Virus record (IMG/VR): IMGVR_UViG_3300018080_002591
Coordinates: 1 to 54,049 of that record
Length of the DNA: 54,049 bases
DNA from: a virus
Lineage: Duplodnaviria; Caudoviricetes
Direction: 5' to 3' (one strand)
Part shown: positions 26,744-35,809 of the stretch, piece after piece
Position numbering within the stretch: the first letter of the stretch is position 1
Layout: the number at the start of each line of letters is the position of its first letter
The notes under the pieces: generated by a model
Database searches by the model: none
What the model was told of the DNA's origin: nothing
The model's input: the letters and a program-made list of their open reading frames with translations, nothing else
Program-made: the position numbers and the translations under genes

Positions 26744-29743
26744 TTGATAATAAACCCAGTGTTTAAAATTCAAAACGAAGATAACAATATCTTCACAATA
26801 AGAGAGCAAGAATACGAAAAGATTTTACCCATTGTTTCACAAATAGTTAAGCCAGTAGAAGAAATAGGGTTTCAAATATCTGAATTAGGATTGAAAGATT
26901 CACGTTTTTCATCCGGGGAATTATCTAGAACAATCAAACAAACCTTAGCAATCAAATTGCAAAAAGGTAATGCAAATATTGATTTGAGTATATTTCTGCC
27001 GAAGATAGTTGATAAGAATTATATTGTTATTAACGGCAGAAGAAAAATCCCTTTACTTCAACTATTTGATATCCCTGTAGTTACTCGGGGAGAAACAATT
27101 AAGTTAAGAACAAATGTAGCAACGCTAATGGTGTTTAAAGATAAAGAAGCGCCAAATGTAAAAGTTAGCTTTCTAGGTAAGAAGGTTTCACTTGCATTAT
27201 TGTTGTTTGCATTCTATGGTCCAGAAGCATTGGATGATAGATTTGATTTTGCTCATATAAAATTTGAAAGTAGTAGTGATGTATTATATGAGAATTTAAT
27301 TGAAGATCTATTTATGACATGGGATGAATCAAAAGGTTATACACAAGATGATTTTATTCAAGAATTAGGTCGCAATTATTCAAGATATAATTCTAAATCA
27401 AAGGGCGAAGATATTGTATATGCTCTTGAAGCGATTCCAAAGATAGATGTAATGACATCACAGTATTTACAAACAGGATCATTACTCGAAGAATTAATTC
27501 AAATTATTCAAGAGCAATATGTTGATGATACATTATTCACAAATAAACGAGTTAGATGTTTTGAATATATGATATTTGCAAAGATATCAAAAATTATATT
27601 TGATTTATGTTTTTCAAATAGAACTGCACGACAACCAAAATTCAATATAAACTCAAATCAAATATTAAGTGAAAGCAATGTATCGGATATTATTCAATTT
27701 GATTTTTCAATTAATCCAATTGAAGAATTAACAAAGCTATCAAGGATAAGTTTATTAGGTCCTGGTGGTTTTAAAAGAGAAAATATTCCAAAGCATTTAA
27801 GGGATATATGCCCATCAATGTTTGGTCGAATTTGCCCAGTAGATACACCAGATCGTGACAACTGTGGTGTATTACAAAACATGATTCCAAATGTTTTACT
27901 TGATGATAAAATGTCATTCACTAAGGAATTATGTGATAAACAGCCAATATCCATTCCAGTATCAATGGTTCCTTTTTGTGAGCACGATGATCAAACACGA
28001 CTTCAAATGGCATCATCACAAATGCGTCAATCAATTATGTTAAAAAAGTTTGATAGGGCAATGGTACAATCAGGTTGTGAATGGTTATATACAGATCAAA
28101 CTCAATTTGTAAAACGAGCTAAAAAAGATGGTGAAGTTATTCATATGGATGATAAATTTATTATGGTTGCATATGATGATGGTGATGTTGAATTATTCAA
28201 CATTGAATATAGAAAAATATATGTTGAACATTTAGATTTCATGAATGTATATGTAAAACCAGGTGATAAATTTAAAGCTGGAGAAATACTTGCAGAAAGT
28301 AATTATTGCAAAAATGGAGAAATTACATTTGGTAAAAATCTATTAACAGGTGTAATGATCTATTATGGTAATAATTATGAAGATGGTATTGCAATTTCTG
28401 ATAGACTTGTAAACGAGAATGCTTTAACCTCTATTCATTATAAAGATTTATCATTTACATTACCACCACATAAGGTTTTGTTATCATTAGAAGAAGGTAA
28501 ATACAAACCTCTACCAGAACAATATGAGACACTTGGAAAAGGGTCTCCTTATGCCAGAATCCAAAGTTTATCATCTGAAGATTTATATTCCCAGTTTGGG
28601 GAAGAAACATATTTACAAACTGAGAAGAAGTTCATTATTCCAGAAGTTAGATTATTTGCAAATTCATGGAATCAAGATATACCTGAATTTAAAGAGTGGG
28701 TTGAAAAAACATTGGATACTCAACGAGATAAAGAGAATGATCTTAACAAAATAATCCATAGCAAATTTTCTAAAGAGCAAGCAACTCAGCTTATAAAAGA
28801 AAATGGTCTTGATTTAAACTCATTTGTAGGAAAATATAAAAACAAACGAGAGAAGATTAATGGAATTCATATTAGGATTATTGGAGTACACCAACGACCA
28901 ATTCAAGTTGGAGATAAAGTTGCAAATCGGCATGGAAATAAAGGGATTATTTCAAGAATTGTTCCTGAAAAGAAAATGCCAACATTAGAAGATGGACGAA
29001 CTCTTGATATTTGTATTAATCCATTGGGTATTATTTCACGAATGAATGTTGGTCAGTTGTTTGAACTTCATCTGACTATGGCATTTTATGATTTAAAAGA
29101 AAATCTTTATAAAATGCTTGAGAATAATACACAAGAAGAAATTAAAAGTTATTTATTGGGTTTTATAAAAATCATTGATAAAACAAAAGACAATTGGTAT
29201 TTGAACCAATTTATTGATGATATGCCAAAAGTTATTACCCATGAATTTATTGAACAATTAACAATGATTCAACCTCCATTTGAGTCAGTTAAAATGGAGG
29301 ATTTAAAAGAAGCATTAAATTACTCAGGAACTAAATTCAAACAAAAGTTATATGATCCCGTTTCTAAACAATATATAGAAAATGAAATATCTGTTGGTTA
29401 TGTTTATTTTCTACGAATGGTTCATATCGCAGAAGAAAAATTAGCTGCCAGAGGCATTGGTAGTTATGCAAAAAGAACACTTCAGCCATTAGGTGGCAGG
29501 AAAAATAAAGGTGGTCAGAGATGTGGTGAGATGGAGACAGCTTGTATCATCGGTCATGACGCACCCATAAATTTGTTTGAATTCCTAACAACAAAATCAG
29601 ACTGTATTGATTTAAAAAATAAATATATTAGAAGTTTCATTGATTCCCATTTGGATGATGAAGATAAAAAATTCAATACAGTTCCAGAATCAGTCAAGCT
29701 GTTAAATTCATATCTGACTGTATTAGGAATAAATCACAAATGA
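26744..29743 (+). CDS. rpoB: DNA-directed RNA polymerase beta subunit, compact
   Basis: TTG start after GGAGG; LGPGG, GRICPVDTPD, PFCEHDD..R..M.S..MRQ, NYEDG, GDKVANRHGNKG, NPLGIISRMNVGQ, GGQRCGEME. Confidence 0.96.
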   Translation: MIINPVFKIQNEDNNIFTIREQEYEKILPIVSQIVKPVEEIGFQISELGLKDSRFSSGELSRTIKQTLAIKLQKGNANIDLSIFLPKIVDKNYIVINGRRKIPLLQLFDIPVVTRGETIKLRTNVATLMVFKDKEAPNVKVSFLGKKVSLALLLFAFYGPEALDDRFDFAHIKFESSSDVLYENLIEDLFMTWDESKGYTQDDFIQELGRNYSRYNSKSKGEDIVYALEAIPKIDVMTSQYLQTGSLLEELIQIIQEQYVDDTLFTNKRVRCFEYMIFAKISKIIFDLCFSNRTARQPKFNINSNQILSESNVSDIIQFDFSINPIEELTKLSRISLLGPGGFKRENIPKHLRDICPSMFGRICPVDTPDRDNCGVLQNMIPNVLLDDKMSFTKELCDKQPISIPVSMVPFCEHDDQTRLQMASSQMRQSIMLKKFDRAMVQSGCEWLYTDQTQFVKRAKKDGEVIHMDDKFIMVAYDDGDVELFNIEYRKIYVEHLDFMNVYVKPGDKFKAGEILAESNYCKNGEITFGKNLLTGVMIYYGNNYEDGIAISDRLVNENALTSIHYKDLSFTLPPHKVLLSLEEGKYKPLPEQYETLGKGSPYARIQSLSSEDLYSQFGEETYLQTEKKFIIPEVRLFANSWNQDIPEFKEWVEKTLDTQRDKENDLNKIIHSKFSKEQATQLIKENGLDLNSFVGKYKNKREKINGIHIRIIGVHQRPIQVGDKVANRHGNKGIISRIVPEKKMPTLEDGRTLDICINPLGIISRMNVGQLFELHLTMAFYDLKENLYKMLENNTQEEIKSYLLGFIKIIDKTKDNWYLNQFIDDMPKVITHEFIEQLTMIQPPFESVKMEDLKEALNYSGTKFKQKLYDPVSKQYIENEISVGYVYFLRMVHIAEEKLAARGIGSYAKRTLQPLGGRKNKGGQRCGEMETACIIGHDAPINLFEFLTTKSDCIDLKNKYIRSFIDSHLDDEDKKFNTVPESVKLLNSYLTVLGINHK

Positions 29744-30102
29744 CAAATATAAAATATCCAGAAGATAGTAGTGAATACAAATGGTTTAAAATGGATGCAA
29801 GTACAAGTTCAAACGTTAATTATGCTGCTCATTTAGAAAGGTTAACTGATTCTATACATAAGATGATGGGTTCTAGTGTAGAAAAAGAATTTTTCGAAGC
29901 ACTGCATATGCAAAAACCTGAACCATTATCTAATCCTTTTATGGATGATATTGAAAAGATCCATGATGATATAATAGAAAAAAAGCAAAAACTGAGGGGA
30001 ATAATGGGCGACCTTGCTGAGTTTGATGAACCCAAAGAACCCAAAGTAAGCGATAAAGAAGAAAAAGAATTTATTTTTGATCCGGAGGCGCTTGATATAT
30101 GA
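29740..30102 (+). CDS. Hypothetical acidic protein
   Basis: ATGA overlaps at both ends. Confidence 0.6.
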   Translation: MTNIKYPEDSSEYKWFKMDASTSSNVNYAAHLERLTDSIHKMMGSSVEKEFFEALHMQKPEPLSNPFMDDIEKIHDDIIEKKQKLRGIMGDLAEFDEPKEPKVSDKEEKEFIFDPEALDI

Positions 30103-30350
30103 AATGTAAAGTATGTGGTGAAGAAATTGTATTTGATTATATAGTACCAACAAAATCGTTTAAAATTGTAGACGATAAAATATCTAGAGATGATGCATGG
30201 AAGGGTCCAGAACACGATTCTCCCTATTTAGAATTCTATTGTCCAAACGACAGAGATCACGATATAGATACAACTGAAACAAATAAATGGGCAGAAGAAG
30301 TCGAATCAAAATTTTATGAAGACTTCTCAAATTTAATAGGAGGATGCTAA
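30099..30350 (+). CDS. Small Zn-ribbon-like protein
   Basis: MKCKVCG...FYCPNDRDH; RBS GGAGG. Confidence 0.65.
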   Translation: MKCKVCGEEIVFDYIVPTKSFKIVDDKISRDDAWKGPEHDSPYLEFYCPNDRDHDIDTTETNKWAEEVESKFYEDFSNLIGGC

Positions 30351-30353
30351 TTT

Positions 30354-31199
30354 ATGGAATCATTGCCCGATGTACAATGTACAGCACCAGAAATAAACAT
30401 TCCGATAATGCAAGTTGGAGTCGAGAATGTTGAAGTACCTTTTAGACTAGAATCTAAATATGGAGGGTTTCATCAACTAACAGCTAACGTTCAAATGACA
30501 GCAAATCTTGATGAAAATACTAAAGGGATTTCAATGTCTCGACTTCTATTAACATTAAAACCATATTTAGATTTGCCGTTAAAAAGAACTTTAATAAATC
30601 AGATTCTTGAGGATCTTATCAAAAATCTAGAAACAGAAATAGTTACAATGAAATTTGAATTCCGGATGCCAGTAATGAGAAAGTCAATCAAAACAGATAA
30701 TGAATTTCCTATTTACTATAATTGTAAATTTGAAATGAAAAGACATATGAGCGAGAGTATTGATATGACTTGGTTTTATCAGGGAGTGCAGGTTCAATAT
30801 GCATCATATTGTCCATGCTCTGCTGAACTTTGTGGGGCGTTAGAAGAAAATGGTTATCCACATAACCAAAGATCATTTGCTGACGTCCTTGTTGAAGTTG
30901 TTGAACCTAATTATGTATGGCTGGAAGATATTATAGAAACAGTTGAATCAGAAATTTATACATTACCATATCCAATTATTAAAAGAGTTGATGAACAGGA
31001 AATTGCTCGAATTGCTGCACAGAATCCAATGTTTGTTGAAGATGCAATTCGCAAGATATCTCTAGCACTCAATTCAAGAGAAGACATTTACGATTGGATT
31101 GTAAAATGCTCACATGAAGAGTCAATACATACATCTGAAGCTATTGCAATTAATTGGAAAGGTATAGCAAACGGATTCGACGGAAGGCGTTATATATGA
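30354..31199 (+). CDS. folE2: GTP cyclohydrolase FolE2 (type IB)
   Basis: LPDVQ, QVGV, KGISMSR, YCPCS, PHNQRS, KRVDEQ, NPMFVEDAIR, HEESIH. Confidence 0.92.
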   Translation: MESLPDVQCTAPEINIPIMQVGVENVEVPFRLESKYGGFHQLTANVQMTANLDENTKGISMSRLLLTLKPYLDLPLKRTLINQILEDLIKNLETEIVTMKFEFRMPVMRKSIKTDNEFPIYYNCKFEMKRHMSESIDMTWFYQGVQVQYASYCPCSAELCGALEENGYPHNQRSFADVLVEVVEPNYVWLEDIIETVESEIYTLPYPIIKRVDEQEIARIAAQNPMFVEDAIRKISLALNSREDIYDWIVKCSHEESIHTSEAIAINWKGIANGFDGRRYI

Positions 31200-31960
31200 A
31201 TAATATCGATGTATCCATATCTTACGGGTTTGGTCCTGATAATAGATATAAATTATCAAACACACCCGAAAGTATTCAATTAGCAATTTATAAGTATTCT
31301 ATTTACGAATCAATGAGAGACGAAATGATTTCGGAAATACATACAGGTAATATAAATGTAAATGCAGTTCATTTACCTTTGGATACATTAAAAACCGAAC
31401 CATCAAAAATTATGGTCATGATAGAAGACCTAATGGCAGAAACAAACTGTAAAAAATATGTTATCCATCCAAATAAAAACATCGAACGATTTGTAGATCA
31501 TTTCATACCATTCAGTCCAAAAGATACAATATTATGTATAGAAAATTTTCAATGGAAAAGAAAAAAGGTATTTAGAAGTCCATTACAAACTATTGAATTT
31601 ATTCATTATCTAAGACATAGTTATGGTTATGAAAATGTTTATAATAAATTGAGATTGTGTTTTGATACAAGTCATGCCGAAGATATATGGTTTGATTATA
31701 AAATAATGTCTCACTTGTTGAACTATATTGATGTTATTCATCTATCAAACCGAAAAGGCAAATCACAACATATGCCTTTCAATTCAGATGGGTGTGATTT
31801 AAACTTGGTTGGTTTTATAAAAGAACTGATTTCTAGATACAAATGGTATGGCGATATTGTATTAGAATATATGCCTGAATATCATCATAGATTAGTTCCA
31901 AACGCTCAATATATAAAAAAGTTAATTAATGAAAGATCAATTAAAAAAGATAGGAAGTGA
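31196..31960 (+). CDS. TIM-barrel protein, xylose isomerase/AP endonuclease 2-like
   Basis: AVHLP, VIHP, LCIEN, LCFDTSHA, IHLSN, HMP, IVLEY metal-ligand pattern; ATGA overlap with folE2. Confidence 0.75.
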   Translation: MNNIDVSISYGFGPDNRYKLSNTPESIQLAIYKYSIYESMRDEMISEIHTGNINVNAVHLPLDTLKTEPSKIMVMIEDLMAETNCKKYVIHPNKNIERFVDHFIPFSPKDTILCIENFQWKRKKVFRSPLQTIEFIHYLRHSYGYENVYNKLRLCFDTSHAEDIWFDYKIMSHLLNYIDVIHLSNRKGKSQHMPFNSDGCDLNLVGFIKELISRYKWYGDIVLEYMPEYHHRLVPNAQYIKKLINERSIKKDRK

Positions 31961-31963
31961 CAA

Positions 31964-32320
31964 ATGAATTCAATTGATTTAATAGAATTATATCGCAAAG
32001 AGCGAGATTATGAAAAACATGTTTTTGGTGAGTACAGTAAAGTTCCATCTCTATCATTACCAAGTTTCTTAATATTTTTAAAAGAATATTGTGATAGAGC
32101 ATTAACTGCATATGCAGGAAAATGGGAAACCGACTTACCAGATTGGCTTATTACATGTAAGGAATTTGAGCAAAACGGTTCGGCTCCAGTAAAGGTATAT
32201 GAAGAAATTATAAAAATTATGGCACTAGCTGGAGCAGCATTAGAAACATATGCCAAGATTGATCCAGATAAATGGAGACAAGATTTAGAAGCAGATATAA
32301 GTAAATGGAAAAAACAATAA
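31964..32320 (+). CDS. Hypothetical helical protein, possibly MazG-like
   Basis: ERDYE..FG and EEIIKIMALAGAALE resemble all-alpha NTP-pyrophosphatase helices (weak). Confidence 0.5.
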   Translation: MNSIDLIELYRKERDYEKHVFGEYSKVPSLSLPSFLIFLKEYCDRALTAYAGKWETDLPDWLITCKEFEQNGSAPVKVYEEIIKIMALAGAALETYAKIDPDKWRQDLEADISKWKKQ

Positions 32321-32335
32321 AGGAGAATATAACAC

Positions 32336-33076
32336 ATGAACGACAACACCAGCTTATCAGATATGATAAAAGATGAAACACCCCCAGTATTTCAAGAAGG
32401 TAATTTGGATTTACCAACACAAGCTGCACCAGTTGAAACGCCAGAGGAAGTTCCGGAACAAGGACCTCCATCGATTTCGATTGCTCCACTGAATACATGG
32501 TTTGAATCGAATTCAGATTCGTTTGATAACATTAGTCAAGTTAAGGTTGCTATTCGAGGTGTTGACCCAACCAAAACATTGATTATGGCAGTATTAGATG
32601 GTCAAGGTGAAGTGGATGGAAATCCCAGCAGAGATCTTCAATTATTTAAAAACGCTGATACCCAACCGGTATTAGAATTGCCTGCAACCGATATGCAAAT
32701 ATATAATAATGGTTTTAAAATTGTTTATACATACGATGATTTAATCGTCAAATGTTATGGAGTTAGAACCGGATTAATTTGTGTATTCTGTAATATTATT
32801 AATGACTTTCCTGTACCATATCAGGTCGTTAAAGTCAAAAAGAAAGATAATAACGTAGAAGTTGCAAGACGCCCTGTTGAAGAAATGACCGCAAAAATGC
32901 CTCTCCCCGCGGATCTAGAAACACTTCAATTACTTTACAAACAAAGCAGCAAAGCAATTGAAGATCTCTCAACAATCGAATCAGTCGTTGGATGGCTATC
33001 AGAAAAACAATCTGAAATATCAGATATCAATCATTTGCTACAGATTGATAATGTTATTATCAGCATCTTGAGTTAA
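32336..33076 (+). CDS. Hypothetical protein
   Basis: RBS AAGGAG, 246 aa, acidic Pro-rich N-terminus. Confidence 0.7.
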   Translation: MNDNTSLSDMIKDETPPVFQEGNLDLPTQAAPVETPEEVPEQGPPSISIAPLNTWFESNSDSFDNISQVKVAIRGVDPTKTLIMAVLDGQGEVDGNPSRDLQLFKNADTQPVLELPATDMQIYNNGFKIVYTYDDLIVKCYGVRTGLICVFCNIINDFPVPYQVVKVKKKDNNVEVARRPVEEMTAKMPLPADLETLQLLYKQSSKAIEDLSTIESVVGWLSEKQSEISDINHLLQIDNVIISILS

Positions 33077-33082
33077 ATATCT

Positions 33083-33156
33083 TGGATGGGCGAAGTATCT
33101 TAAGTTTTATCGGTAAACGAGAAACTGAAGAACACAGGCCCTGCTTCGCCCATCCA
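33083..33156 (+). ncRNA. Candidate structured intergenic RNA element
   Basis: 15-bp outer stem tggatgggcgaagta/tgcttcgcccatcca enclosing an inner hairpin (tctt..agtttt.tcg-gtaaa-cga.gaaact..aaga) and a 10-nt bulge; ends just before the AGGAG RBS. Confidence 0.45.
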
Positions 33157-33170
33157 TTTTCAGGAGCAAC

Positions 33171-33902
33171 ATGAAAATAAATCCAGATTTAAGTTTAATA
33201 ATGAAAGATTTATATCTTTATGATATAGAAGCATGTCATTATACCATTATGAAAAAGTTGGGTCTTGATACATCAGAATTAAATAAAAATGATAAACTAG
33301 GTAGAAATATAGCGATTGGCAAAATGATGAGACGAAATCCACGTCTAACATCTACATTACGAAACACAACCGCATCAATACTTGATGAATATATTAGAAG
33401 AAATTCTGTAAAAGATGATGAAATTGTTATACGACAATATGATGGTATGATTTTGACAAGAGGATTAAGAGAAACACAGATTGGAGAAATACCTTTAAAT
33501 AAGAGAAATTTCTTTCAAGTATTCATATGTTCGATTGATCGCTCAAAATATATATCACTTGATCAAACATTTCACACTTCTGTAAAGGGTGTTCCGTTTC
33601 GTTATCCACATATGGATGAAATATATTCACAAATATGTAAATTAAATTTCGGAAAAAAAGGAGCGATCTTTAGAGGACTCCAAAATATAAAAGATAGATT
33701 TTTAAATTCAAACGATACAAAATTATTCGGAATCCCATTAAAAAATGGAAAATTTAATATTTTCATAACTCGATATGGGGAAATGCAGGTATCGGAACAA
33801 ACATTAAAAATAATGGATCCGGATGATATTGATAAACAACGATATTTTGATTTTTATATAATCCCATTCACGAAAAGTATCGTGTATGAATTTGTAAGGT
33901 AA
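33171..33902 (+). CDS. Miniature family-B DNA polymerase palm/thumb-like protein
   Basis: LYLYDIEACHY (motif A-like), IRQYDGMI (motif C-like), SVKGV, DIDKQRYFDFYIIP (PolB C-terminal-like); no exonuclease domain. Confidence 0.45.
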   Translation: MKINPDLSLIMKDLYLYDIEACHYTIMKKLGLDTSELNKNDKLGRNIAIGKMMRRNPRLTSTLRNTTASILDEYIRRNSVKDDEIVIRQYDGMILTRGLRETQIGEIPLNKRNFFQVFICSIDRSKYISLDQTFHTSVKGVPFRYPHMDEIYSQICKLNFGKKGAIFRGLQNIKDRFLNSNDTKLFGIPLKNGKFNIFITRYGEMQVSEQTLKIMDPDDIDKQRYFDFYIIPFTKSIVYEFVR

Positions 33903-33911
33903 GGAGTGAGT

Positions 33912-34496
33912 ATGAGATTAAAACAAAAAATTGCATTAAACATTGCAGCAGGAAAAATGCTTCCATTGGAGTGTGAGTATCATCATTTAATTAATTTAGA
34001 TACAATGTATTTCGATGCGCAAGAACCAGGCGTTATTGAAAATGAAATCAAACTCAGACCGGAAAGATCAGGACGATATTATTGTAAAACAGATGCATTT
34101 GAATTCATGGAAAGGACCAAGTTGTATTTTAATCAAATATGTATATATCGTTTCCTTGAACATGTCTCGTTTACACAAGTAGATTATTTTATATATTTGT
34201 TATCAACGATTACACAACCAGGAGCATTTGTTGATATAATTGTTCCTAATTATACAATCCTTTCCGAAATGATATTAAATGATAATGTAAGAGATCCAGA
34301 TTTTGCGGCAAAGAATATTCTATTAACAACTGAACTTTTAAATGAACCATCATGTCCCCATGCATCAATATGGACACCAGAGCGAGCGGTATATTTCTTT
34401 GAATTAGAAGGTCGTTTTATGGTACAAGATATTCAAGCAGCTTTTAAATATGATGGTAGAGACATTTATCTTAGATTTAAGGCAGTAAGAATATGA
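33912..34496 (+). CDS. Class I SAM-dependent methyltransferase-like protein
   Basis: LNIAAGK, INLD, DAF, FLEHV, QPGAFVDIIVPN pattern; RBS AAGGAG. Confidence 0.7.
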   Translation: MRLKQKIALNIAAGKMLPLECEYHHLINLDTMYFDAQEPGVIENEIKLRPERSGRYYCKTDAFEFMERTKLYFNQICIYRFLEHVSFTQVDYFIYLLSTITQPGAFVDIIVPNYTILSEMILNDNVRDPDFAAKNILLTTELLNEPSCPHASIWTPERAVYFFELEGRFMVQDIQAAFKYDGRDIYLRFKAVRI

Positions 34497-34864
34497 TATT
34501 ACAATCAAAAGTTTCAGAAGATGGGTGTGGAGGTGGAGGTGTATATCATATAACTCACCCAACCCGCACAGAAAAATTGTATAATGCCGACTTAGCCATT
34601 TATGTATATTATGATGGTTCAGTTGAAATTGGAAAAAATAGAAATGGAAAACTTGGAGATGCTAATGTAGAGACAGCTGCACATTATTTCTCTAAAATTC
34701 TTTCTCATTTAAAATTGAAAGACACAAACCTCGATATGTTTAAAGAAGGTTTGACTGAGTTATTATATGAAGCAATAACAAAAACATTGAAAGGAAATTA
34801 TCATGAGGGAACCATTTGCGCAGAGGGCGCAAGAGATGGGTCTAACCACAATAGAGGCACATAA
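34493..34864 (+). CDS. Hypothetical protein
   Basis: ATGA overlap; operon context. Confidence 0.55.
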   Translation: MILQSKVSEDGCGGGGVYHITHPTRTEKLYNADLAIYVYYDGSVEIGKNRNGKLGDANVETAAHYFSKILSHLKLKDTNLDMFKEGLTELLYEAITKTLKGNYHEGTICAEGARDGSNHNRGT

Positions 34865-35708
34865 AGGTCTATTCACATATGCTGATATGTATTCAGAAAT
34901 CGCATATAGACAATTATATACTGGCTTCGTTAATATCGATGAGGCACAACATCCAACAGATGGACTTCCAAGTCCACTAATTGCAATTTATACACGACCA
35001 ACACATGATGTAGATTTTAAATATTCAGGATATGTTTCGGATTTCTATCAGTTTATTGGCAATGAAGTTCTGTGTAATGGAGTTCGGGAATCAATACAAC
35101 AGGTTGGGCTTCCAATCGTTAGAGAAAATCCAATCTTAAGCTGGGATCACACAAGGTTACGAAATGAAATCATTATTCAAAGCAGTCAAACACATCCCCA
35201 AGCTGGAGATGTTTTGCCGGTTATGGTCGTCAATAATAGTTATAATGGTACTCGTGCCGCTTCTATTTCTTTTGGGATTTCTATGGAGTACAATAATGAT
35301 CGCACTATTTTCGCTTTCTCTCTTGGTGAGCTTAGACAAGTTCATATTCAAAATTCCAATACAGAAGTCCGTTCCGCGATAACAACATATATGAATGTAT
35401 TTTCAGATGGTATTGCGGATATGATTACCCAAAGTTTTAATAACCAAGTTACAGAAGATGAGATGTTAGCTGTGCTTGATTTAATTGAGAAATACGGGGC
35501 CAAACGTCGAGATGCGATATCCACATTACTTGAAGAACTACAACCATCGTCTGCCGGCATGCCTTCGTCCTGGCAGATATTTTTAGCCATAGTTAGATAT
35601 AGTAGTTTTGAAACAAATCTAAATATGAAACGTCTACTCGAGAATGCAGCAGAGAGTGTTTTAATAATACCTCCACGCATGTATGATGTACTCGAACAAA
35701 TACAATAG
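34803..35708 (+). CDS. DUF932-like protein
   Basis: YVSDFYQFIGN and VVNNSYNGTRAASISFG resemble the DUF932 VS..Y..v.N and NSxDG motifs. Confidence 0.55.
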   Translation: MREPFAQRAQEMGLTTIEAHKGLFTYADMYSEIAYRQLYTGFVNIDEAQHPTDGLPSPLIAIYTRPTHDVDFKYSGYVSDFYQFIGNEVLCNGVRESIQQVGLPIVRENPILSWDHTRLRNEIIIQSSQTHPQAGDVLPVMVVNNSYNGTRAASISFGISMEYNNDRTIFAFSLGELRQVHIQNSNTEVRSAITTYMNVFSDGIADMITQSFNNQVTEDEMLAVLDLIEKYGAKRRDAISTLLEELQPSSAGMPSSWQIFLAIVRYSSFETNLNMKRLLENAAESVLIIPPRMYDVLEQIQ

Positions 35709-35711
35709 TCT

Positions 35712-35746
35712 AATTAGATATAAAATATCCAATTAGATATAAAATA
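35712..35746 (+). repeat. 16-bp direct repeat, two copies
   Basis: AATTAGATATAAAATA at 35712-35727 and 35731-35746. Confidence 0.75.
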
Positions 35747-35780
35747 AATGAGAGGAATAATACCCCCTCTCATTTTTTTT
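35747..35780 (+). terminator. Intrinsic terminator ending the non-structural gene block
   Basis: aatgagagg...cctctcatt stem followed by a T8 run. Confidence 0.8.
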
Positions 35781-35781
35781 G

Positions 35782-35795
35782 GAACAAAATATAAA
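35782..35795 (+). promoter_or_regulatory. Candidate late promoter motif GAACAAAATATAAA
   Basis: Exact copy on the - strand at 52555-52568, near copy at 37064-37077; all intergenic and upstream of morphogenesis operons. Confidence 0.6.
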
Positions 35796-35809
35796 AAAAG
35801 GAGTATAAT

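Noticed and set aside
23903-29743. Bacterial chromosomal rpoBC locus or host contamination
   Set aside because: Order is reversed, subunits are shortened, no ribosomal protein genes flank them, and they are joined to phage-type ORFs by overlapping start/stop codons
33083-33156. Hammerhead ribozyme (CTGAAGA and CGAAG present)
   Set aside because: CUGANGA is not directly followed by a stem II closing onto GAAA, and the candidate GAAA reads GAAG and is paired in the outer stem
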